The notes under the pieces were generated by a model, which was not told where the DNA came from, searched no databases, and saw nothing but the letters and a program-made list of their open reading frames with translations. Positions 29,346-40,141 of a DNA stretch of 64,000 nt are shown here, piece after piece. The stretch comes from Phoronis australis (Eukaryota > Animalia > Phoronida): the NCBI GenBank assembly GCA_002633005.1, contig NMRA01000137.1:806001-870000 (forward strand), written 5' to 3'. A program made the translations under genes and the position numbers. Each line of letters begins with the position of its first letter. Position 1 is the stretch's first letter.

Positions 29346-29729
29346 AAACAGCAAGACCACACCCAACAGCTTCACCGCGCAAAACCACAGGTGGAAACAG
29401 AAAACGGAGAAAATCGGCCATTCTCACACACCAGAGAAAGAGGACCTGAGAGAAGAACAGGCCAAGCGAAAGAAGAAACCTGCCAGAAAGCGTTCTGTTG
29501 ACACAAAACCAAAACAAAAAGAAGAGAAATCACCATCCCCATCTTCAGACAGCGAGTCGGAACGGGAGTGTTTTGCCTCGTTTGTCTAGAGCCATACTAC
29601 TCTAACAGCAGGTGTAGAGAAAAGTGGGTCCCATGCGTTGAGTGCAAAGGGTGGGCCCATAAGGAATGCGCTGAGGATGTGATGCTGTCCTCCTTTGTGT
29701 GCCACAGCTGTAACTCGGATGAGGACTAA
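29346..29729 (+). pseudogene. pogo transposase C-terminus with PHD finger (frameshifted)
   Basis: RKRRKSAILT, basic/acidic linker, then LVCLEPYYSNSRCREKWVPCVECKGWAHKECAE...FVCHSCNSDED-stop (PHD-type Cys/His pattern). Confidence 0.88.
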
Positions 29730-31420
29730 AGCAAATACGTTTAAACTCTCACGTTGTTTACTTTTAATAGCTCATGAAAAGTAGCATTCGATCATCAATT
29801 TAGAAGGTTAAAGATTGGGAAGCGGTGGGAAGTATTTTTAATAGACAGTTGACATTCAAGCCCTAGTTCTTGTGTAATTTACGGTCCTTTGGGACAAATA
29901 AACAAGCATACACCAACACAAAAATTTTTGAAAAAAATGTGTTTTTGTTCATTTTAAGAGTACTGCAATGGAGGCCAAACTTGCCCCGAGGGTGGGCTCA
30001 ACTTGCCCCGGCCCGGGGCAAGTTGGGCCCCCGCAGGTGGACATTTTAAAACGGAAACTGCTACAAGACAGGGGCATTTACATCGCTTAAATTTGCACCA
30101 TATATTGGCTGACAGACTGCATTTCTTGCACAGCGCTTATGGATGAACCACCTTTAATAGTTTCCACAATATTGCACTTTTTTCAAAAAAGGCTCGAACT
30201 AGCCCCGGTCTCCCCTAAACCGTGACAGGTTATCAATGAAATGAATTAGAGTTCACGGTAAAACGAATGAATGCAAAAAATTTCCCACTCCACAAATGGG
30301 AGTTTCCTTTGCAATGTTCCATCAACCTAGTACCAGAATTGGTCATAGCATTTACTTATTCCGAGATGATACTGTTATGAGGCACTGAACACTTCTCAGT
30401 ACTGGATTTTGCCTGGCACTTCATGTGCACGTCATTAGACATGGTGCCTTTCTTTCACTCCATCGAAAACTCTATGGACAAGATAGAAAGCTGACACAGT
30501 TGTTTCACATCAAAACCGCTGCGCATGACCACAGAAATGTTATTTTCTATCATGGTTTTGGTCTTTCACTTCTATCGAAAAAGGAAGAAGCAGAGGTTGC
30601 AAAAACGCCGCAAGCACACCACGTCACTCCCAATACTAGACATAAACCAACTCAAGATTCTGAAAGGAAACTTCCTACAGATTCCAAAACGTGGTCCAAA
30701 AATGCTGCCACCCAACTAGATTTTTTGCAATTCTGAGTTGTTTGGGGCTACTTGACATCGTAGTGAAATCGCAGCAGATTTCTCAGTCCAGCTACTCAGA
30801 AAAGAATTCTACATAAGGAGGCGCCATTTACAAAAAAAAAAATGTTTCTACAGCCAAACTAGGGGACTTTCATTTGTAACATGTTTACAAATACCAGCAA
30901 ACCAGACTGCAGGTGGCGACTACAGTCTAACTGTATAGTGTCACCTCTCGGCTCCCGTGTTTCTCCGAGTTTCGGTGAATGGGGGCGCTGTTGTATTCAA
31001 CATAAGAACCGAAAGTCCTCCCACTGGTATACCGTTTTGATGATTGGGTACTGCGCTCAAGCTAATTTTCAGCGGCTTCCCGTTGACAGAGAATGTAAGG
31101 AAATTAAGATTTATTTGAAAAGAAATACCCATGTTCGTAAACTTGCGGTGCCGGAATCGCAATCTTAAATTGCATTCATGCCAGTATAGGCTACCGCTGT
31201 CAAGGTAACTCGGTTTTGGTCCACCTAAAACGCACTCTTTCGTATCATAGATTGGAAGACTTCTTCAAGCTTTGACTAGAACTATAAAAAAAAAAAAAAT
31301 TTCCTTGTTTTTTTGACTATCTTACAAATCGCCAATTCTCGATGTTGGCTGCCTGTTCGCTGAAATCGTGGAACCGGTGACATGTATATACTCTTCGACA
31401 CTCGACGTCTTCTTGCTCAA

Positions 31421-31500
31421 GTAGGGTTTAGCTCAGCTAGCAGAACGTAGGACTGCGACCGCTTAACAGGTCGAGAGTTCGAATACGTCTTGGGGGCATG
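31421..31500 (+). repeat. tRNA-derived SINE head / tRNA pseudogene
   Basis: A-box-like TAGCTCAGCTAG and B-box-like GAGTTCGAATAC at tRNA spacing; cloverleaf stems are broken. Confidence 0.5.
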
Positions 31501-32184
31501 ACAAGGATATTTCAGAGACTGTGTCATTTGACGACAACGTCCGCAACGGATGAAAACTGCCAACCAGTCACATGTGGGGGAGGCCACTTCTCATGTCTTA
31601 AATTTTGGACCCATTAAATATGGGCCCTAGCTTTAATATTTTAGTTCACAAGGACTGACATTTTTCTCTGAAAACTCACCCGTACAGGGAGAGTTGCTCA
31701 TGTGGTTTGCTAGACCGAGCAAACACCGTTTTTTGTAATGTATTGGAGAGCGTTATGCGTTGATGGCCCCATCCCTACGCCCATATTTCTACGCCAAGGC
31801 GTGACCATGTAAAACTGGTATGAAGTGTGCTAGATAATTGTGAACGTGGCTCAAAAAGACCCTTAAACGATTTCAAGGGCGGCTGTATATGTAAGCGAAG
31901 AAAAGTTACCTGCACGTTTTTGTATGCGGAAGGCCCTCCAATGCCCGAGCATTGTTATCACAACTTTGTGATATTCCGCTCAACTAGGCCAAAGGACCCT
32001 CGTTTAAGGTCACTAAGTGGTAAGAAACTCCGGGGAGTGAAAGATAAGACGATCGTCAGAGGAAGGGAGTCCCATCACTATCCGATCGTCTTTTTCAGTG
32101 AGGAGTGGAATATGTTGCAAGTAGTTTATCCCGTTCAATCCGCCATCACGTGACCTTATGAATATATGTCCGAAAAGATTTCTG

Positions 32185-32225
32185 CCCCCGACCGGGACTC
32201 GAACCCAGGACCTTCTGCTAACCGT
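32185..32225 (-). repeat. 3' half of a tRNA-like sequence (SINE fragment or pseudogene)
   Basis: Minus strand agaaggtcctgggttcgagtcccggtcgggg has an intact T-arm/B-box; no D-arm upstream. Confidence 0.5.
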
Positions 32226-32852
32226 GCAGGTCACTATGTAGAACCCTAGAAAAACGTCCCAATTGGGATAACTTTGGAACATCATATCTCGGAAATGATT
32301 ATAAATTCATATAAAACCTCCACATACTTTGCTTTGTATGTGCACTGTTGTCGCAAACGCTGTTAGGGTTTTTTCTGAAATGTTCCAAATAATAAAACTG
32401 TCATGAATATGAAAGGAAAATTTTGAAAACTGTAAAATGTTTTTGAAATTTCAAACTGAACACTAATATCAAACAAAATTTAGTTATGCAATTGATACCG
32501 TTATTTTCCTATCAATCTGCCTTCAGTTTTTGCTAAATTATACTAAAAAGACGGGGTCCAGCTTACCCAATTAAGAGGCCAAAAATCAAATTCTACAGGC
32601 CTTCGAGAAATGTATGCTTTAAAAGGGGACTGTAGTCAAAATAATGTTGCAGTTAATCGGTTCTAACATACAAATAAAACTCACATTTGCCTGACTTGCG
32701 TGCCAAACAAAAGCCAATTCGTATTCATGGTCAAAACACTGAATTCTGAAAGCGATCGCTGATTGGCTGATGTGTCAGTGACGTGAACGGCGGGGTATCG
32801 GCTGCTTTGCACATTCATTGCTTATGTCATATTTGAAGAGTTTACATCGTAA

Positions 32853-33631
32853 NNNNNNNNNNNNNNNNNNNNNNNNNNNNNNNNNNNNNNNNNNNNNNNN
32901 NNNNNNNNNNNNNNNNNNNNNNNNNNNNNNNNNNNNNNNNNNNNNNNNNNNNNNNNNNNNNNNNNNNNNNNNNNNNNNNNNNNNNNNNNNNNNNNNNNNN
33001 NNNNNNNNNNNNNNNNNNNNNNNNNNNNNNNNNNNNNNNNNNNNNNNNNNNNNNNNNNNNNNNNNNNNNNNNNNNNNNNNNNNNNNNNNNNNNNNNNNNN
33101 NNNNNNNNNNNNNNNNNNNNNNNNNNNNNNNNNNNNNNNNNNNNNNNNNNNNNNNNNNNNNNNNNNNNNNNNNNNNNNNNNNNNNNNNNNNNNNNNNNNN
33201 NNNNNNNNNNNNNNNNNNNNNNNNNNNNNNNNNNNNNNNNNNNNNNNNNNNNNNNNNNNNNNNNNNNNNNNNNNNNNNNNNNNNNNNNNNNNNNNNNNNN
33301 NNNNNNNNNNNNNNNNNNNNNNNNNNNNNNNNNNNNNNNNNNNNNNNNNNNNNNNNNNNNNNNNNNNNNNNNNNNNNNNNNNNNNNNNNNNNNNNNNNNN
33401 NNNNNNNNNNNNNNNNNNNNNNNNNNNNNNNNNNNNNNNNNNNNNNNNNNNNNNNNNNNNNNNNNNNNNNNNNNNNNNNNNNNNNNNNNNNNNNNNNNNN
33501 NNNNNNNNNNNNNNNNNNNNNNNNNNNNNNNNNNNNNNNNNNNNNNNNNNNNNNNNNNNNNNNNNNNNNNNNNNNNNNNNNNNNNNNNNNNNNNNNNNNN
33601 NNNNNNNNNNNNNNNNNNNNNNNNNNNNNNN
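32853..33631. other. Assembly gap (779 N) abutting a poly-G run
   Basis: N run directly visible. Confidence 1.
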
Positions 33632-33769
33632 GAGGGGGGGGGGGGGGGGAGGGCAGTATCAACCAGGATTTTGCTCGCCAGACATTCGCACCTGCGAACT
33701 GCCAAATGGAATCTGGGAGAATTTTAAAGGGGTCATGGCCCCCTTGGCCACCCTCCAAATCTGCCACTG
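33632..33769. mobile_element. Right end of a hAT-type (…ATCCGCCACTG) MITE, left end in the gap
   Basis: Ends ccaaatctgccactg, the same terminal motif as the elements at 49520-49675 and 57516-58437. Confidence 0.5.
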
Positions 33770-35601
33770 AAACCTGCCTTTCGTCACAAACAAAACTTCT
33801 AATCCAGGCCTCTTACCGCTTTGAAATTGGTCACAAATTGTTTTTAGTCAAATTGGAAGTGATATCAAGGTTATCAAAATAATTGACGATTCGTTATTCC
33901 ATAAGGTCAGGCTCTACAAGTTTGCTTGACACGGCGTGTCATTTCATGCGCCAAGCATGGTCCCGAGAAATAACGAACTGTGGTCACGTGTCATATTGGT
34001 AAGGAACAAGTTGAGACCAACTTTAATCAAAAGTTCGCCAAAGTGGACGGAACACGGATTTATAGTCGCTTCAATAGATAATTCTTTCTAAAGATGACAG
34101 GTCTCTGAGCGGATAATAACATGAGAATTTGTAATCTCCAGTTTACGAAGCACGATCTCAGTGGAGTGAAGGAATATCGTTTCAAGCCTTTTCGCTGACG
34201 TACAACTGTTTTGTTTAGCTTAGTTTTCAAACTGAGTCACTTTCCACTGAGCAACACTGTACTGCAAGTGAAATCGGTACTCATATCGAATTGAAGGACA
34301 AGACCATTCAAATATAAAATTTCTTGTTCTGTGGACAGCAGAAAACGTAAACAACCAAGATTAAGCCAGCTTTAAAATTAGAGAGGAGGTGCGATTTTGT
34401 AAGGATAAAAAGTACGGCGACGAGACTATCACCGTCGACTGTTTTTATACTGATTAACGTGATACGTTTTCGTAACCGTCGAGAAATAAAAATACGACGT
34501 GGTTTCGAGAGTAGGATAAAGTGGTATAAACCATCACTATCGCTTGTAATGAAAAAACAGTTGCGTGAACGATTGCATGGGTTACTTTGCTTGCGGTTTC
34601 AGTTGTCCTGTAATTATTGGCGTTTTCCAGCGTTTTTGCAGCCAGGCCGCTTACCTCAAAGGTCAGTCAAACGGCACCAATGCAAGAGACCTATTTATCG
34701 ATGCCTTGATAATCAATTCATTGCAATGAGTGAACGTGTTTTAACAGCCTTATATCGATTCGGGTGGTTAGGAAACAAAACTAACCGCCGGCGAAAATGA
34801 CCCCTTTACGTATACTAGGATATTTGTAAGGTCTTTACCTAAAACACTGAGCTGTGTTTTAGCCACTCATGTGAACTTGACGAAAGGGTGATTTTTTGGC
34901 CATCAGTTTTAACAAATCAAAAATTATTTCCTCACCACCCGAATCGGTTTAAAAAAAAAAATGGTGTCAAACACGTTAACCAGTAACGCAACGACCAATA
35001 CATGTCTCCTTCCTCTACGCATGCGTGTTCTGAGTTGGCATGTGTGGCTACTGAGGTACCAGCAAAAGAGGCACTTGCAACTGTTTACAGCAATGGGTTT
35101 TCATTACGATTGTAACACAACCAGAAAGCACTAATTTTGGGACAGCACAACGGTTCTCCTCGATGTGGAAATAACATAAACGTTATTTAGTGTACATTGC
35201 ATAATATCACACTACCGCACTATTCTGGGACCTGTTTTACTAACAAGTCTCAGCCAGCGCCATAACTTAAAGTGAAATAATCAAGTCAATAATATTTCCA
35301 AAAAATGAAAGTGGAATAAATTTGTTTAAAATCTCAGAGACATGTCGGTACTGGTTAGTTGCCGGAGACTCCGTAAGACTAAACAGGTCGTGAACACTGA
35401 AAGAGACCATTGTTGAACAATGTTTCTGACGTCATGCAACAATCTGATTAATCCAGCAGATAAGTTTTGAGCCGTTATGCAACCGGCTTCCCGGGAGTGC
35501 AGGATCATATCCTGAAACACTCACAACAGTTAAAGATATTTGGTGCCTCTAAAGATAATAATCACCAAAAAGAAGGAAAGCATTATGCATTTCATCAACC
35601 T

Positions 35602-35607
35602 TTTATT
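35602..35607 (-). terminator. Candidate polyadenylation signal AATAAA of the TRPV-like gene
   Basis: AATAAA about 330 nt after the stop, followed ~25 nt later by a U-rich tract (tttccttctttttggtg) on the minus strand. Confidence 0.55.
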
Positions 35608-35936
35608 AAGAGTTACGTTTCGTATGACAAATTAAAATAACGTCAGAACCCGAACAGCCAATTTGATTTATACAATGTTCGTGATATTGGAAAATGAGCA
35701 AGTTACATGAAAGCGCCGCAGCTCTAAACGTACAACCTATGACACAATAGGCAGGCCCTCTAGCCCTTTCTCGCACCACGCGCCAACTGTGCTGTGTCGG
35801 TCATGGTACCCAACACCACCTGTACCCGGCGCCACTCGGGGGTGCGGTTCGGATTCTAGAGTGCAAACAGAGTTCGGGAAAAGCCCGCGCGACGGTATCG
35901 TGATCGAAACACGTCCGATGAGCTCACGATGATATT

Positions 35937-38900
35937 TTAGTGTTTTGAGCTGCTTTTGTCTATGTGTTTGACAACTTCTTGCAACTTATGTTCGACGTTG
36001 TTGAGTTTCTCCTCCAAGCGCTCCAGGCTGTTGTCCATCCTCTTTGCTTGTTCCAAGCGACTGGTCTCTTCGACAGTTCTCCGTCTTTCTTCATAGGAGT
36101 CCGTGCCATTTAGAGGCAATGTGATGTACCATCGCCTAGATTCTTGGTCAAAGCACAAGTCGGTTTGTCTTCTGAGAGCATAGAATACTTTAGGGAGAAT
36201 TGGAATTTCTCGTTCGATGTCCAAAGCCAGCAACACAGAATTGACCCTCCAGTTGTTGGTTTGCTCAGCAGAAATAGTGGAGTAAGAATCGTTCATCAGC
36301 GCGATCAACAGGTTTAACAAGACGATGTTGGAAAGAACGGTGTACACGAGATATACCACTCGCATAAACCACAGCGTCTTGTTGACGTCTCCAAAATCAC
36401 TGTCCTCGGCATTCTCTGCAAAATCGGCCATACCGATCATTATGTTGTAAACGAAATAGAGCGAATGAAATACCGTGGGGAATGCTACATCTCGAGAAGC
36501 AGACGCTCGGAAGAGCACGTGGAGCGCCATGGAAAAGGCCAACAAAACAAAGCAGTACAGAAAGATAAACTTGACCAAATCTTTTACGATCATGTGACGC
36601 AGCATTAAAGAAAAATGGTGGATATTTCTGAAACCTTTCGTAAATTGTATGGAATATAACCATCCCAAAATGAGTGCGACCGAAACTATGTAGTCTTGAT
36701 ATGCCGTGTCTTCCAAGACATACAAAATGAACCAGACCAAAACAAAGATGGCAAAGATCAGACCGAACCCACTTGAAAATAAATAAATCAAGACGGATAT
36801 TAGCGACGAAATGATTGAATCATGTGATCGAGAAGCTGCCCTAACGTGCTTCTTGGTGCTGCAAAAAAAGATGCTGACAGCCACAGAATAAACGCTGTAG
36901 ATGATAAGTACGATTGGCCATGTGAGAATCAAAATCGTCGGCCATACTTCCGGTTTGACTGGGTTAAGCGTGATTGTTGTATTCGCACCCTCTTGCTTAA
37001 TTACACTTCTCGGAAGCCAATCCGAGACAAAAACACTAAACAGACTCATGTACAAGATGTGAATGAACATAAGGAGAGCATAAGCCCATTGATATTTTGA
37101 CCAATAGTTTCCAACCATTTTGTTGAGTGGGAGTATATCCAGCATACGCACCGTCTCCGTGATGAAGTCTGCTGACGGCGAGTAGTCACTGAAGTTTGAT
37201 TTTTGAACAATAGTTTCCACAAGGGATTCTAGTGGTTCCTCCAAACTGGGGTGAACTGCACTAGGACTTTCTTCGTCCGAGTGCGGTGCATCTAAATGCT
37301 TTATCTTGCCATTTCCAGTGGATAACTTACGATTTTTGAAAATCCTTAGTGCGTGCTTAGGCACACCTTTCACTAACAGCGTGTCAGGTGTTAGGTTGGT
37401 GACATCATATTTTGCGTAGCCATTTTTCACTTGAAAACGGAAGACTTCTCTGATGTTGAAAATACATTCTAGTATGTCACTGACACTATAGCGGGCTGCC
37501 AATTGCAGTACACTTAAATCGTCCTTATTCTTAACGACGGTGAGGAGAAATAAAACAGCGTCTCGTTTCAGTGCATTATACTTGACAGCATCATCGCTCG
37601 GATATTTGATGTGATTTTTTACACACCACCACCACACACTATTCTCAACGATCGCCACGAAAACGTCCAAGAGCTTATCGCGACTTTCGCCCATCTCTGT
37701 CGTTGAGCTGATAATTATTCCATGCAGCACAGTATTGCCGTCTGTATCTTGTAAGTCAACATCGGTGCCAGCGATTATTAACTGCTTCACCCGCTGAATG
37801 TTTTGTTTCTCCGCAGCTATGTGCAACAAGCTCTCACCAGCATAATTCTGTTGGTCGTAATCCAGCTCCTTGCCCCGTCCGCCAAAGGTGTTGAGGAAAG
37901 CCTCGAAAACCTCCCAATCACCCCTTCTTGTGGCGATATGCAAAGGATTGTCGCCATCTTGATTTCTGGCTTTGATGTCCAGATACTGAAGACTGTGAAT
38001 TACGCCAGGTGTAGCATGCTTTGCTGCTACATGCAGGGCCGTATTGCCTTTGTCGTCTTGAGAATCTAGCACAGTCCAGCTGTGTTTCTTTATTATGACG
38101 TTAACAAGCTTCTCAACAAATGTTGGATCAGAGTTGCGATTTTTCGCCACGAGGTGGAGCGCAGTTTCCCGTTGAATGTTCATGTCGTCTGCTTTTGCGT
38201 GTTTCAACGCGGCAAAAGCGGCCTCGAAATTTCCGTTCTTGCACGCGATGAGAAGAACGGTATCTCCATCAGAGTTCTTTTTGTTAATATTTTCCTTATC
38301 CCCATACGTTTTGATAATCAACTTATTATTGTGACGAGCAGCAATATGGAGAAAATTGTTCCCTGAAGTATCGACGCTGTATCGATCAACTCCAAGATTG
38401 AGTAAGCATTTGACTTTCTCAAAATCCCCCTTTTGAGCAGCAATGTGTAGAGGCGTGTTACCGATTGGAAATTGAACAATATTTTCAATGCCGTGTATGT
38501 AGAACTCAGAGGACCTGCGCATATATTCTACAAGACCCGTAAGAACGTCATTTGTGTCGCTTTCAATTGCGTAATGCCAAACGGACAGCCCCTCGTGGGT
38601 CACATGATCAAGGTTAGCCCCAGCTGCTGCTAGAAGGTATGTGACAGCGGCGTGTTGGTTTTTCGCGGCAAGAGTCAGTGGCGTGTTTCCCGCCTCGTCG
38701 CCCGCATTCACGTCGGCCCCGTGCACAATAAGATTCTTAACCACTGCCTGGTTTCCTTCTGCCGCGGCGTGCTGCAGCGCGGTCTCACCGTTTCGAATTG
38801 TTACGTTTACATCGGCGCCATAATCCACAAGGATGTTGACGATCTCCGAATAGCCCATAGCAGACGCCAGAATAAGGGGTGTGACAAAACCCATCTTTCT

Positions 38901-39722
38901 TTTTTTGTTCACGTCAGCTTTTCCTCTTTTAAGCAGAGTGTTCAGGACATGCGTATGTCCATATCGTACCGACCAGTAGAGTGGGGTCGAGCCTTTATCG
39001 TTTTCGTGATTCACGTCGCAGTTTTGGTCCAACAACGTGTTGACCACTGCTAGGTGGCCCCCTCTGACGGCCCAAAGTAATGGCGTGTCTTTCTTCTTGT
39101 TCGTGACGTCAGCTTCTATTCCCATCTGCAGAAAGAGCTTCACCAACTCGTCGTGACCGAACAAGGCAGCAATGTGCATACACATCATCTCACGAGGCCT
39201 CTGTCCGGCGGATTTGACAAGCGTTGTGCGATGAAGGAACTCTGATACAGTCGCTGGCGTTAGTTTGTTTATAAGTGCTTTGACGACATCAGAATTCCCT
39301 TTCTCACAAAGCTGATGAAGGGCGTTTTTTGTCGTGTGGGAACCGTCGATTTGAAGTGAGAATGACTCAGTGACCAACGCTTGCACCCCGTTCTGAATTA
39401 CATAGTTAGCTATTTCCCAGGCCTCGCATTCTATCGCGTGGTGTAACGCGGTTTTACCAGAGTTTGGCTCTCGATAACAATGCGTGGTCAAATTGATTAA
39501 GATGGTCCTATTTTCTGCAAAACAGTTTCGCAAAGAAGTGATATTTTTCTTGGAAATATCTTCGAATATTTTAACCCTGAGTTGTTCAGCGTTTATTCCT
39601 TCTGATATTGATTTCAGTTCTTCTTTAGACTTGTTTAATATTGATCTCGCCGGAATGAAATTTTCGTCATTTCCTTCCAACAAATTCCAGAGCGTTGGTT
39701 CCACACTGGTGGTTTTTCGGTG
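35937..39722 (-). CDS. Main (last) coding exon of a TRPV-like ankyrin-repeat TRP cation channel (~18 ankyrin repeats + 6TM ion-transport domain + C-terminal coiled coil)
   Basis: 1255-aa ORF extended by HRKTTS to a ttttgttttgttttag acceptor (AG at 39724-39723). Many GxTPLH/xALH ankyrin motifs. TRPV hallmarks: GTDVDLQDTDGNTVLHGII, AKYDVTNL, LGWLYSIQFTKGF...MIVKDLVKF (S4-S5), IGMADF pore, VLLNLLIALMNDSY (S6), NNWRVNSVLLALDIER (TRP-box region). Stop TAA at 35939-35937. Confidence 0.95.
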   Translation of the reverse strand, partial: HRKTTSVEPTLWNLLEGNDENFIPARSILNKSKEELKSISEGINAEQLRVKIFEDISKKNITSLRNCFAENRTILINLTTHCYREPNSGKTALHHAIECEAWEIANYVIQNGVQALVTESFSLQIDGSHTTKNALHQLCEKGNSDVVKALINKLTPATVSEFLHRTTLVKSAGQRPREMMCMHIAALFGHDELVKLFLQMGIEADVTNKKKDTPLLWAVRGGHLAVVNTLLDQNCDVNHENDKGSTPLYWSVRYGHTHVLNTLLKRGKADVNKKRKMGFVTPLILASAMGYSEIVNILVDYGADVNVTIRNGETALQHAAAEGNQAVVKNLIVHGADVNAGDEAGNTPLTLAAKNQHAAVTYLLAAAGANLDHVTHEGLSVWHYAIESDTNDVLTGLVEYMRRSSEFYIHGIENIVQFPIGNTPLHIAAQKGDFEKVKCLLNLGVDRYSVDTSGNNFLHIAARHNNKLIIKTYGDKENINKKNSDGDTVLLIACKNGNFEAAFAALKHAKADDMNIQRETALHLVAKNRNSDPTFVEKLVNVIIKKHSWTVLDSQDDKGNTALHVAAKHATPGVIHSLQYLDIKARNQDGDNPLHIATRRGDWEVFEAFLNTFGGRGKELDYDQQNYAGESLLHIAAEKQNIQRVKQLIIAGTDVDLQDTDGNTVLHGIIISSTTEMGESRDKLLDVFVAIVENSVWWWCVKNHIKYPSDDAVKYNALKRDAVLFLLTVVKNKDDLSVLQLAARYSVSDILECIFNIREVFRFQVKNGYAKYDVTNLTPDTLLVKGVPKHALRIFKNRKLSTGNGKIKHLDAPHSDEESPSAVHPSLEEPLESLVETIVQKSNFSDYSPSADFITETVRMLDILPLNKMVGNYWSKYQWAYALLMFIHILYMSLFSVFVSDWLPRSVIKQEGANTTITLNPVKPEVWPTILILTWPIVLIIYSVYSVAVSIFFCSTKKHVRAASRSHDSIISSLISVLIYLFSSGFGLIFAIFVLVWFILYVLEDTAYQDYIVSVALILGWLYSIQFTKGFRNIHHFSLMLRHMIVKDLVKFIFLYCFVLLAFSMALHVLFRASASRDVAFPTVFHSLYFVYNIMIGMADFAENAEDSDFGDVNKTLWFMRVVYLVYTVLSNIVLLNLLIALMNDSYSTISAEQTNNWRVNSVLLALDIEREIPILPKVFYALRRQTDLCFDQESRRWYITLPLNGTDSYEERRRTVEETSRLEQAKRMDNSLERLEEKLNNVEHKLQEVVKHIDKSSSKH

Positions 39723-40141
39723 CTAAAACAAAACAAAAAAAAATAATTATGCAAACACATAATACCCCAACAGGTATAACCTTTAACCTGCTAACTGTCA
39801 GATTGTACTTAATTTTATCACGAAACAATCATTGTCGTTCCTTTTGAGTAAAACTCAGCCTTGCGGCGCATTTCGACATTAATGAACATAAAGACACTCG
39901 TTCTGTAATGCCACAATAGCGAGCAACAGGACAACAGAGTTTCCAAAATGTTCACGAAAGATTTTCAAATTTGAATACTAGGAAATGGTTTTACTGGGAA
40001 CTAATCGTGCTTTACCCAGTTTCTTTTGCACTGCACAGGACTGCACCGAGTTGCAGATTTCGCTATCAAGCTACATGGTGCGAAAACAGTAGTTTCGATT
40101 CAGCGTATTTCGTCATTGCTTAATTTTGTCTTCACCCCCAC

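Larger units (their letters stand above)
27683..30215 (+). mobile_element. pogo-family (Tc1/mariner superfamily) DNA transposon, internally deleted
   Basis: TIRs GGGGAGATCGGGGCTATTTCG and reverse complement GGGGAGACCGGGGCTAGTTCG, each flanked by TA. Subterminal ggggcaagttgggcc repeats. Transposase remnants inside. Confidence 0.92.

Noticed and set aside
31421-32225. Functional tRNA genes
   Set aside because: A/B boxes are present but acceptor and anticodon stems do not form; treated as SINE or pseudogene pieces.
32775-33882. Three long ORFs (287-354 aa)
   Set aside because: Artefacts of the N gap translating as X.
35937-39722. Assigning the symbol TRPA1 or TRPV5/6
   Set aside because: The ankyrin count is TRPA-like but the transmembrane motifs are TRPV-like; orthology cannot be fixed without a phylogeny.
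36397-39726. Several 60-133 aa ORFs overlapping the channel exon
   Set aside because: Antisense or alternate-frame shadows of the real CDS with no recognisable domains.
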